The translations under genes and the position numbers were made by a program. The notes beneath the pieces are model-generated. The model ran no database searches. It saw nothing but the letters and a program-made list of their open reading frames with translations, and was not told where the DNA came from. A stretch of 64,000 nucleotides of DNA from an uncultured bacterium (GTDB taxonomy: Bacteria > Chloroflexota > UBA5177 > JANWHV01), in contig CAWHAE010000009.1 in NCBI GenBank assembly GCA_963827235.1, forward strand, positions 608,001 through 672,000, written 5' to 3'. How positions within the stretch are numbered: position 1 is the stretch's first letter; every line of letters begins with the position of its first letter. Below, in pieces: positions 19,730 to 28,942 of the stretch.

Positions 19730-21646
19730 TCAGGATCCACCACTGAGTGTGAAGCTTGCGGGCACCGTCGTCAACGGTGCCGCCGGCGAGACCACCACAA
19801 CCACCTGCCGGGCACCGGCAGGGACGGCGAGTGTGCCGTGGCCATCGTTCCCTACCGCCATGCGCACGACGGTGGCAGCGCCGGCCGCGGAATAGACGAT
19901 GGCCTGCACGATCCAGTGCTCCGCTTCCGTGTTATCCGTGTGCAGCCAGCCGGCCGGCTGCCAGCCCGCGAGCGTGGAGTCACCGTCAAAGCCGATCTCG
20001 GGGACGCTGATGTGGGCAACGGCCATGCCCTGTCCGTTGTACTCGTCGTCCGTCACCTGCTCGAAGCGGACCAGCACGGTCTTCCCGGCGAATGGAGTGA
20101 GGTCCACCTGCTCCTGCAGCCAGCAATGCTGTGCCTGTGCCGCGTGTGGGCAGCTGGGTCCGGTGTAGCCATTGCCGAGGTTGGCCCCGTTGGGATTGGT
20201 GGCGGTGGTGTACTGCGTGCGCTGCGCGTACCATGTCTTCCCGCCGTCTGTCGACACCTCGACATATCCGTAGTCGTAATCCTGCTCGATGTCGTACCAC
20301 ACCTGGTAGTGCAGCGTAGCCCGGCGAGTCGACCGCAGGTCCAGCGGCGGCAGCGTGAGCGTCGTATCAACGCCGTCGCCCCGGTTGCTCCACCAGAATG
20401 CCGGCGGCGTCACGGTGTTGAGCAGCGAGACGGTGGGCGAGCCGCTAAAGCGCAGTGTCAAGGAGGATTGGCTTGACGGCTTGGCGGCTATGTAGGCGGC
20501 GGAGTACTGCGGCAGGGTCTGCGAGCGGGTGAACGGCGTCGTCGTGGTCATGTCGGCCTGGGCGCGTACGCCTGTATGGGTGTAGCCATACTTGCCGCCC
20601 GCGATCGTCGTGTCGTTGACGTAATTTGCCACGACCCAGTCCGCGAATACGTCGTCTGCCGTTACCTTGTACCCGAGCCTGGCCAGCACGTCGTCGAATA
20701 CCGCCATGTTGCTGTGCGTGCGGTCTGCCAGCTCAGCCCTGGTCAGCCGGGTTCCGCCGTAGTGCTCATACAGGTAGAGCATCCAGAGGTAGCCTCCCCC
20801 GTAGTACTGGCTGTTGTCCACGGGGGCCCAGGCATCGAGCTGCGCGTTTGGAGAGCCAGCTTTGGCGCCGGCATAGCCTTCGTCGCTGTAGCCGTTCAGC
20901 TCTTGCGCGAGTACCGAGTCTCCCTCGTTGATCCAGGCTTCGTCGGCCGGGTGCAGATTGAAGTGGATCATGTGCTGGAACTCGTGGGCGAGCACGCTGT
21001 CATACGCCGCCGCCCCCGGTGTCAGCGAGGAGAGGCTCATGTAGATCATCTTCCGCTGATTGCTGAACTTGTTCACCACGCGTGGATAGAGATCCTCGCC
21101 GGAAAAATAGCCTTCTACCCTGGGCGGTAGGTGCCCGTTGAAGATAGTGATGTGCTGATCGTCGTCCACGCCGGGAGTCCATTCGGGGCCAAAGATGGCG
21201 CGGTCCGTGGGATAGGTAGTGCGCTCGAACGTCGCGGCCGACCTGGCAAGCGCTGGTAGGTTGACCTTGAACCCCTGCTGGACATAGTAGTAGGCGTGCG
21301 CGGTCTCCAGCACCAGCTTGGCCCGCGCGGTCACGAAGCCGTTCTCCGCGTCATTGGAGAGGTAGAAGATAGCAGCCGTGCCCACCGCGTAGTCCGTAGG
21401 GCTATGGCTCACATAGGGGTCGATAGGGGTCGTCGTATGCAGCTTCAGGCTTTCGGTGAGTGCGTAGAGGTCGCGTGCCGGTCTGAGCGTGGTGGTGAGC
21501 AGGCTGTCAAGCGCTTGAGGGCTCGGAGCTACGAAGATGGCCCGCCCGGCCGTTGCTGCGGTTCCCGGCAGGGAGCCCGCGGCAAGCAGCGTTGCAGCGA
21601 CGGCGATGCGGATAGTAACGCGATAAGCCCAGTTCGTCTGTTCCAC
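19730..21646 (-). CDS. Secreted zinc metalloprotease, immune-inhibitor-A/M6-like
   Basis: Signal peptide; LAHEFQHMIH, WINEG; C-terminal WYDIEQDYDYGYVEVSTDGG domain. Confidence 0.8.
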   Translation of the reverse strand: MEQTNWAYRVTIRIAVAATLLAAGSLPGTAATAGRAIFVAPSPQALDSLLTTTLRPARDLYALTESLKLHTTTPIDPYVSHSPTDYAVGTAAIFYLSNDAENGFVTARAKLVLETAHAYYYVQQGFKVNLPALARSAATFERTTYPTDRAIFGPEWTPGVDDDQHITIFNGHLPPRVEGYFSGEDLYPRVVNKFSNQRKMIYMSLSSLTPGAAAYDSVLAHEFQHMIHFNLHPADEAWINEGDSVLAQELNGYSDEGYAGAKAGSPNAQLDAWAPVDNSQYYGGGYLWMLYLYEHYGGTRLTRAELADRTHSNMAVFDDVLARLGYKVTADDVFADWVVANYVNDTTIAGGKYGYTHTGVRAQADMTTTTPFTRSQTLPQYSAAYIAAKPSSQSSLTLRFSGSPTVSLLNTVTPPAFWWSNRGDGVDTTLTLPPLDLRSTRRATLHYQVWYDIEQDYDYGYVEVSTDGGKTWYAQRTQYTTATNPNGANLGNGYTGPSCPHAAQAQHCWLQEQVDLTPFAGKTVLVRFEQVTDDEYNGQGMAVAHISVPEIGFDGDSTLAGWQPAGWLHTDNTEAEHWIVQAIVYSAAGAATVVRMAVGNDGHGTLAVPAGARQVVVVVSPAAPLTTVPASFTLSGGS

Positions 21647-21887
21647 TCCTTCGAGCCCGCCCGCTATGCAGTCCGGGCGAGTGGTGCGCGATGCGTGTCG
21701 ATGGCCAATGGTACCAGGTACCGGCCAAACCCTTCCGATGGACAGCGCTCCGGCGGCCCGGGCCGCGGCCGGCTCACCGCAGACGTACCCCAGGTATCAT
21801 GAGGGGGTGGCAACGCCTGGGCCGCTTCTGCCTGTGCGAGGACCACCCGGCGGCCAACATGGCTCGCCAATATCAAAGGGAGCGGAG

Positions 21888-23225
21888 ATGATAAACCCCT
21901 CGATTTTCAAGGCCTATGACGTTCGTGGCGTTTATCCCGAGGAGCTGAGCGGTGAGGACGCGCATGCCATAGGCGCTGCTACCGTTGCATACCTCGGCGC
22001 TACCCGTGTTGCCGTCGCCCGTGACATGCGCCAGTCGGGTCCGGAGCTCGCCGCGGAGCTAATCCACGGCATGGTGGAGCAAGGGGCCGAGGTGACCGAT
22101 CTCGAGCTGTGCAGCACCGATGAGCTCTATTTTGCCGTCGGCAAGTTCGGCTACCAGGCAGGCGTCATGGTCTCTGCCTCGCACAATCCTGCCAAGTACA
22201 ACGGCTTCAAGTTCTGCCGCGAAAACGCCATCTCCATCAGCTCGGAGACCGGTCTCAATGCCATCCGCGACCTGGTGCTGAAGGGGCCGCTCGCCCCAAA
22301 GGCGGCACAGGGGTCAGTGCACACGCGCGACGTCCTGGCAGACTTTGCCCGGCACGTCCTGGGCTTCATCGACCGCTCAGCCGTGCGGCCGCTTCGCCTC
22401 TGTATCGACGCCGGCAACGGTATGGGTGGCCTGATCGTGCCCGAAGTGTTCAGATACCTGCCCTGCGAGGTGACGCCGCTCTTCTTCGACCTGGACGGGA
22501 GCTTCCCCAACCACCAGGCAAGCCCGATCGAGCCGGAAAACATGGTCGACGTGCAGCGCGCGGTACGCGAGACGCATGCCGATATGGGCGTGGCTTTCGA
22601 CGGCGATGCCGACCGCATGTTCATCACCGACGAGCGCGGCGACCTCGTGGGCGGGGACATGGTCACCGGCTTGGTGGCGAAAGCCCTGCTGGCCCGGAAC
22701 CCGGGCGCTACCATTCTCTACAACCTGATCTGCTCGCGCAGTGTGCCGGAGGTGATTGCCGCGGCCGGTGGAAAGGCGATCAGGACCCGTGTCGGGCACT
22801 CGTTCATCAAGGCGCAGATGCGCGAGACCGATGCCATCTTCGGCGGAGAGCATTCCGGCCACTTCTACTTCAGGGACAACTGGTTCGCCGATTCCGGCAT
22901 GATCGCCCTGCTCACCGTGCTGGAGCTGGTCTCGCGTGAGAACAAGCCGGTGAGCGAGCTGGTGCGCGGCATCAGCACGCGCGTGCGCAGCGGCGAAATT
23001 AACTCTCACGTCCAGGACGTGCAGGAGCGGATGAAGACCGTGGCCGGGCACTTCTCCGGTGGGGAGCAGGATTGGCTCGACGGGCTGACCGTGCAGTATA
23101 AGGACTGGTGGTTCAACGTCCGCCCATCGAATACGGAGCCTCTCCTGCGTCTCAACGTGGAAGGCGACACGCGGGAGCTGATGGAGAAGGGTCGGGACGA
23201 GGCGCTGGCGGTCATCAGGGGATGA
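21888..23225 (+). CDS. Phosphomannomutase/phosphoglucomutase
   Basis: FKAYDVRG, SASHNP, FDGDADR, GGEHSGH, RPSNTEP. Confidence 0.93.
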   Translation: MINPSIFKAYDVRGVYPEELSGEDAHAIGAATVAYLGATRVAVARDMRQSGPELAAELIHGMVEQGAEVTDLELCSTDELYFAVGKFGYQAGVMVSASHNPAKYNGFKFCRENAISISSETGLNAIRDLVLKGPLAPKAAQGSVHTRDVLADFARHVLGFIDRSAVRPLRLCIDAGNGMGGLIVPEVFRYLPCEVTPLFFDLDGSFPNHQASPIEPENMVDVQRAVRETHADMGVAFDGDADRMFITDERGDLVGGDMVTGLVAKALLARNPGATILYNLICSRSVPEVIAAAGGKAIRTRVGHSFIKAQMRETDAIFGGEHSGHFYFRDNWFADSGMIALLTVLELVSRENKPVSELVRGISTRVRSGEINSHVQDVQERMKTVAGHFSGGEQDWLDGLTVQYKDWWFNVRPSNTEPLLRLNVEGDTRELMEKGRDEALAVIRG

Positions 23226-24403
23226 GCGAGCAGCAGGGAGCATACCGGGTGACGGTCATCGTGCTTGACGGCGTGGGCTGCGGAGAGGCGCCGGATGCCG
23301 CGGCCTACGGCGACGTGGGCGCGAACTCCATTGCCAACGCGGCGCGAGCCGTGGGCGGCATGCGCCTGCCGAACCTCGGCCGTCTGGGTCTCGGGCATCT
23401 GACCGATATTCTCGGCGTGCCTGCCGATCCGGCGCCGATCGGCGCCTATGGCCGACTGCAGGAAGCCTCGGCCGGCAAGGACACGGTTACCGGTCACTGG
23501 GAAATGATGGGCGTGATCAGCGAGAAGCCGCAGCCCACCTATCCGCGCGGATTCCCGCCGGAGGTCATAGCCACGTTCGAGCGCATCGCGGGACGCGGCT
23601 TGCTGGGCAACAAGACGGCGTCGGGCACGGAGATCATCAAGGAGCTGGGCGACGAGCACGTGCGCACCGGAAAGCCGATCGTCTACACCTCGGCCGACAG
23701 CGTGTTGCAGATCGCCGTCCACGAGAGCGTCATGCCCTTGCCCGAGCTGTATCGCGTGTGCGCCGAGATGCGCGCGGCTCTGACCGGCCGGCACGCGGTG
23801 GGCAGGGTCATTGCGCGGCCGTTCGTGGGAAGCAGCGGCGCCTACACGCGCGATAACGAGGGACGGCACGACTGGGCGTTGCAGGCGCCCGGCGACACCG
23901 CGCTCGACTTGATTGTGCAGGCCGGCCTGCCGGTGCGCGGCGTCGGCAAGATTCAGGATATCTTCGCGGGCCGGGGTATCACGTCCAACCAGCACGCGCT
24001 GAACAACGCGGGAGCCACCGCGGAGACGCTGGCCCTCCTGCGGCAACCCGAGCGCGGCATGATCTTCACCAATCTAATCGAGTTCGACATGGTGTACGGC
24101 CATCGCAAGAATTCCCAGGGGTATGCGGACGCCCTGGCGGCCTTCGACGCCGCGCTGCCCGAGATTCTGGCGCTACTGGGGCCGCGCGATGCCCTGTTCA
24201 TCACCGGCGATCACGGCGTCGATCCGACCACGCCGGGCACCGATCACACGCGCGAGTTCGTGCCTCTGCTGGCCTACGGCTACCGGTTGCCGACCGGGAC
24301 GAGCATCGGCACCCGCGAGACGTTCGCCGACCTCGGGGCGACCATCGTCGATCTCTTCGACCTGTCGCCCTTACACACCGGCACCAGCTTCGCCGCACCC
24401 TGA
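23222..24403 (+). CDS. deoB: Phosphopentomutase
   Basis: LDGVGCG..PDA, GKDTVTGHWE, YTSADSV, FDMVYGHR, GDHG.DPT...DHTRE. Confidence 0.94.
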   Translation: MSEQQGAYRVTVIVLDGVGCGEAPDAAAYGDVGANSIANAARAVGGMRLPNLGRLGLGHLTDILGVPADPAPIGAYGRLQEASAGKDTVTGHWEMMGVISEKPQPTYPRGFPPEVIATFERIAGRGLLGNKTASGTEIIKELGDEHVRTGKPIVYTSADSVLQIAVHESVMPLPELYRVCAEMRAALTGRHAVGRVIARPFVGSSGAYTRDNEGRHDWALQAPGDTALDLIVQAGLPVRGVGKIQDIFAGRGITSNQHALNNAGATAETLALLRQPERGMIFTNLIEFDMVYGHRKNSQGYADALAAFDAALPEILALLGPRDALFITGDHGVDPTTPGTDHTREFVPLLAYGYRLPTGTSIGTRETFADLGATIVDLFDLSPLHTGTSFAAP

Positions 24404-24424
24404 GAAGGCAGACTCGACGTCTCG

Positions 24425-24898
24425 CTACGGCCGGCCCGGAGCCCGGGCCAGCCACTGCTCGATGGAGTGGCGATGCTCGGCGAAGTGGTCCCAGGTGTCG
24501 GCGGCGATGTCCTCCGTGTGGGCGAGCAGAAACTCCTCGGCATAGCCCGCCAGGGTCTCCTGCACGTGCCTGTTCGCGGCGAGGAATGCCGCGCGAGCCT
24601 CGGCAGCCTGCTGATCGCGATGCGCGCTGTACACCTCGTCGTTGATGCGCGCGATCGTCTCCTCGTGATCCTCGTCGGGAAGCCCAAACGGCGGCTGCTG
24701 ATTGTCCAGCTTCTTCAGCATGCGCAGCTGCCACCAGGTGAGGTGCGCGAGAATGTCCTTAACGGACCACTGGCCGGTCACGCCGGGCTCCTCAAGGCGT
24801 GTGTCGGTCAGGCCGGCGACCAGCGCCTCGAACGCGCTCGCCTCGGAGCGGACCATCTGCAGAATGTGGGACTTGCTTGCCGGCGGCTGCATGATCAT
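24425..24898 (-). CDS. DinB-superfamily (ClbS/DfsB-like) four-helix bundle protein
   Basis: WSVKDILAHLTWW and TWDHFAEH. Confidence 0.75.
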   Translation of the reverse strand: MIMQPPASKSHILQMVRSEASAFEALVAGLTDTRLEEPGVTGQWSVKDILAHLTWWQLRMLKKLDNQQPPFGLPDEDHEETIARINDEVYSAHRDQQAAEARAAFLAANRHVQETLAGYAEEFLLAHTEDIAADTWDHFAEHRHSIEQWLARAPGRP

Positions 24899-24944
24899 CT
24901 CCCTTTGGGATCTACCAACGCGCGGTACCGTGAGCGTTCGCGCG

Positions 24945-25604
24945 TCATAGAGCGAGCGTGACGAGATAGCGGTGCGGCCAGAAGATGCCGGAGGGCAGCG
25001 AGTCCACGGGCACGACGCTGCCGAACTCCGGGGACGCCGGATCGAGATCGAGGCGCTCGATCTGCCTGACGATGCCGGCGACGGGGTAGTTGGGAGCATG
25101 CTCATCCAGCAACGAGAAGCTGCTCACGCCGCCGGATTCAAACGCCGCTTCCTGGAGATCCAGCATGCCGCTGATCATGTCGGCCACGCGCGGGCCGCGC
25201 GCCATTCGCCAGGCCTCCCCGCCGCCCGGTACGGTGGCTGGGGCGACGTCGACATGATCCCATCGCCGGACGGTGATCACGAGGCAGATCGGCACGCCGC
25301 ACTCAATGCGCATGATCGCCTGGTCCCGGCGCTCGGGCCCGCTGCCGCGATGCACGTGCAGCTCCCCGACCATGCCGCAGACGGCAGTGGAAAGCGGCAT
25401 GGCGCGCCGCAGCGCGACCGGCGCCTGCGGCGTGGCCAGCGCAAGGTCCGGCAGCAGCAAACGCCCACCCTGCTGGGCCGCGCTGTGATCGGCGAAGGCA
25501 TAGAGCTGCGCCCGGGCAGTCGCGCCAACCGCGAGCGGCCAGGGGCCGATCTCCTCAAAGTAGCGATCCGACAGCTCGAAGCAAACATCCACTGCTTTGC
25601 ACAT
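24945..25604 (-). CDS. Hypothetical protein
   Basis: 219-aa ORF with protein-like composition, co-oriented with the DinB gene; no family recognised. Confidence 0.5.
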   Translation of the reverse strand: MCKAVDVCFELSDRYFEEIGPWPLAVGATARAQLYAFADHSAAQQGGRLLLPDLALATPQAPVALRRAMPLSTAVCGMVGELHVHRGSGPERRDQAIMRIECGVPICLVITVRRWDHVDVAPATVPGGGEAWRMARGPRVADMISGMLDLQEAAFESGGVSSFSLLDEHAPNYPVAGIVRQIERLDLDPASPEFGSVVPVDSLPSGIFWPHRYLVTLAL

Positions 25605-26031
25605 CCTTGCTGCGCGTGAGCCGTGCGGCTCGCACGGACGACGTTGTCAGCATACTGCATCGCTCGGCTGGAGGCAGCCGAGGTGGACAGGAGCAGGCGC
25701 GCGATCGCGCGATCGCAACGTTCTTGACATCAGGAAGTGGATTTGTTAGGCTCGTTCCGTCCGAGCTCCACTGTTGCAGTGCGCGCTTGGCCATGTTCAG
25801 GTAGCCGGAGCTACTTGGCGCACGTGCCGCTCACGCCCTGTGAGTGGCGCTTTCATTTCCACCCATACCGTGCCGTGCGCGCAGCCCCGGCTCAGCGAGA
25901 GGAGTCTTGTCCGTGCGTAGCAGTCCCGTCACCACCTCGTGCGCGACTACAATCCGCCCGTCTTTGTCGATGTTCGACGTCTCCAACACGTTCTCGAGGC
26001 TGGCGTCGTCTGGTGCTGTCTGGAGGTTCAC

Positions 26032-27534
26032 ATGACGGATGACCAATTCATCGGCGCAGCGCCCGAGCCGAAGCGCCCGGTCACGCTGCGAAAGGGTGCA
26101 ATCGGTCTTTGGGACTCAACGATCATTGCCATCTCCAGCACCGCTCCAGCGTACAGCCTCGCCGCCAGCATGGCCGCGATGGTCCTGGCAGTCGGATTCA
26201 CCTCTCCCCTCGTCGTCGCTCTTGCCTTTGTGCCCGTCATGGGCATTGCCATAGCCTTCGCCTATCTGAACCGCGTCAACCCCAACTGCGGCACGAGCTT
26301 TAGCTGGGTTACCGACGCTCTTGGGCCCGACATCGGCTTCATGGCCGGTTGGGCATCGCTTGCCGCGTGCGTCGTGTTCATGGTGTCCGCCTCGTCGCTG
26401 GCGGGCACGTATTCGCTCAACCTGCTTGGCCAGATGGGTTTCGTTTCCACCAGCCTGTCAAACGACCAGACCGCGGTCGTGCTTGCTGGCTCACTCTGGT
26501 TTGCCTTCGTCACCTTCATGGTGGTCTACGGCATTGCCGCGGCCGCTCGCTTCCAGCGTGTCCTGCTGGCCATCGAGTACATCATCGTCTCCGCGTTCTC
26601 GTGTTACGCATTGGTGCGAGCCTATGGACTCAATCCCGTGCATGGGTCGCGCCGGATCTCGCTCACCTGGTTTTTCCCGAGCCATGTTGGGGGCGCTTCC
26701 GCATTCATCGGCGGTGCCCTGGTTGCCGTGTTCTTCTATTGGGGATGGGACACGGCCGCCAACGTCAACGAGGAGACCGAGAACGCGGCGGAGAACCCGG
26801 GCAGGGCGGGGATATTCAGCATGTTCGCGTTACTGCTGATCTTTCTGCTCGGCGTGACCGCTCTGCAAGTGACGCTCAGCCAGGGTACGATCACGAACAA
26901 TGCCGACGACTCGCTGGCAATCTTCGCCAAGACGATAGTTCCCAAGCCCTGGAACTACCTGATGACGCTGGCGATACTTTCCAGCACCGTGGCGACCCTG
27001 CAGACCACGCTGTTGCCATCCGCCCGCGTCGCCTTGTCGATGGCGCGCGAGCGTGTGCTGCCCCGGGTGCTCGCTACGATCAGTCCGCGGTTTCGTACTC
27101 CCTGGATTGCCACGCTGCTTCTTGCCGGTCTATCGTTCGCCGGGCTTGCCGTGGGCGGACAAGCATCCAGCGTCAACACGTTCCTGACCAATAGCGTCGA
27201 TCAGGTCGGCGTGCTCATTTCGGTGTACTACGGCCTGACGGGTATCGCCTGCACCGTGTATTTTCGCGGCGTGTTGCTGAGGAGCGTGCGCACGTTCCTG
27301 CTGGCCGGCGTCATGTCCGCTGGCGGCGGGATCTTCATGCTGTTCATGGGCGGGTACAGCATGTGGGACACGATCAGCCAGGATGGCTGGGGTACCGAAG
27401 CTCCGGTCCTGGTTTCGCTCGCCCTTGGCCTTCCCTTCCTGTTGCTGGCAAGACGACTCAACCCGGCGTACTTTCGCCGGCGGCGAGCAGGCGACCAGGC
27501 AGGAGCCGACACCGCGTTTACCGCCGTGGCTTGA
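26032..27534 (+). CDS. APC-family amino acid/polyamine permease
   Basis: SSTAPAYSL, FFYWGWD...NEET motifs; 12 TMs; GGAGG RBS. Confidence 0.9.
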   Translation: MTDDQFIGAAPEPKRPVTLRKGAIGLWDSTIIAISSTAPAYSLAASMAAMVLAVGFTSPLVVALAFVPVMGIAIAFAYLNRVNPNCGTSFSWVTDALGPDIGFMAGWASLAACVVFMVSASSLAGTYSLNLLGQMGFVSTSLSNDQTAVVLAGSLWFAFVTFMVVYGIAAAARFQRVLLAIEYIIVSAFSCYALVRAYGLNPVHGSRRISLTWFFPSHVGGASAFIGGALVAVFFYWGWDTAANVNEETENAAENPGRAGIFSMFALLLIFLLGVTALQVTLSQGTITNNADDSLAIFAKTIVPKPWNYLMTLAILSSTVATLQTTLLPSARVALSMARERVLPRVLATISPRFRTPWIATLLLAGLSFAGLAVGGQASSVNTFLTNSVDQVGVLISVYYGLTGIACTVYFRGVLLRSVRTFLLAGVMSAGGGIFMLFMGGYSMWDTISQDGWGTEAPVLVSLALGLPFLLLARRLNPAYFRRRRAGDQAGADTAFTAVA

Positions 27535-27555
27535 CTACCCGCCGTGTAGAGAAGG

Positions 27556-27930
27556 TTAGGTTGAACTGGGCGGCGTCGACGTCTCGTTTGCTTCAGGCTC
27601 TGCAGCAAGCGTGACACCGCGCTGCCTGCCGATCTTCAGCACGCTCGCCGCGCCGCCTATGCTCAGGATGCTGCCCGAGCCGCCAATACTCAGGATGCTG
27701 CCGGCACTGCCGATGGAAAGCACGCTGCCGGCGCTGCCGATGCTGAGCAGGCTGCCGGCACTGCCGATGGAGAGCATGCTGCCGACGCTCAGCAAGCTGT
27801 CGACGCTGAGAAAGCTGAGCAAGCTGCCAAAGCTGGCAATGCAGAGCAGGCTCCGGTGCGAGGCGAGGCTGCGATGCCGGCGCCGCTCGTCCGTAGTGCT
27901 CTGGGCGGTAGACGTTTGCGCCTGGTCCAT
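27556..27930 (-). CDS. Small protein with tandem 9-aa SxLSIGSAG repeats
   Basis: GAGGAG RBS; 27-nt DNA repeats with synonymous variation that preserve the peptide repeat. Confidence 0.7.
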   Translation of the reverse strand: MDQAQTSTAQSTTDERRRHRSLASHRSLLCIASFGSLLSFLSVDSLLSVGSMLSIGSAGSLLSIGSAGSVLSIGSAGSILSIGGSGSILSIGGAASVLKIGRQRGVTLAAEPEANETSTPPSST

Positions 27931-28062
27931 GACAACTCCTCTCTGAATTGCGGAAGAACATGACCATTCGCAGCGAGCGCCGCCGGCCCCGGCGTCGCCG
28001 CGCTGCCCGTAGACGGCTCCGATGAAGGTTTGCGTCGCAGCCACGCCTGCGGTTCGGCAGCG

Positions 28063-28716
28063 CTACCTGCTCTTGCGCCGCACCTCGTAGGCGCACACGT
28101 GCCCGGCCGTGATCTGGTGTGCTACGCGTGTGACGTTCGCGTCGGGGAGCGCCTCCTGGAGAAAGGCCAGCTCGCTGGCGCACGCATGGCTATAGCGATG
28201 CGCCACGCTCAATACGGTGCAATTGTGCTCGATGATCATGAACTCGTCGTCCGTGACCCGGCAGAACTCCGCCAGGTAGCCGTCGTCGTCGAGCATCTGA
28301 GCAACGGCGCGCACTCGGGCATCGAAGGGCAGGCCCGCCGTGTACGTCTGGGCTTGCCGTAAGCGTCGCTGTCCTCGCCGGTCGAAGATCCTGCTTACAA
28401 GGGCGGGATCCTCGTCTCCGACGTACTGGAGCAGCTCGTTGGTCAGATCCGCGTAGTTGCGCGGAAACAGGGCGTCGCCGGCCGTGGTCAGACTGTAGAG
28501 ATGTTTGGGACGCCCGGGACCGTCGCGCACCTCGCGATGTACGATCAGTCCGTCGCGCTCCAGGGCCATCAGATGCTGGCGCGCGCCGCTGACCGTGATG
28601 TCGGCAGCCGCGGCGATTGTCTCCGCACGGGCCTCGCCCTCGCGCTTGAGATGGTTCAGAATAGCCCGCCGCGTTTCAGGAAGGCTTGAAAGTCCAAAGC
28701 GAGCTAATGCGCTCAT
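28063..28716 (-). CDS. ArsR/SufR-like HTH transcriptional regulator
   Basis: RQHL..LE.DGL, GPGRP..LY.LT..G...FP; C-terminal EHNC, AC..E, C residues. Confidence 0.82.
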   Translation of the reverse strand: MSALARFGLSSLPETRRAILNHLKREGEARAETIAAAADITVSGARQHLMALERDGLIVHREVRDGPGRPKHLYSLTTAGDALFPRNYADLTNELLQYVGDEDPALVSRIFDRRGQRRLRQAQTYTAGLPFDARVRAVAQMLDDDGYLAEFCRVTDDEFMIIEHNCTVLSVAHRYSHACASELAFLQEALPDANVTRVAHQITAGHVCAYEVRRKSR

Positions 28717-28942
28717 CAAACACCCCATTTACATCACGCGGCTCGCCAGCGCACACCGGTGTCCGCGCATATGGAAGTCAGCTTACCGGTTCCCCTTCTC
28801 CCGTTGCGGTGCCGCCAGCCCCGCGAATACAGAGTACACCATTGATCGGCCGCTTGTTTCTAGCACTTTTGTCACATTCATAAGACCATACTGGTACAAC
28901 TGTAGTCTATCCAAGCCGCCTTGTCGAAGTTATGCGGCGCGC

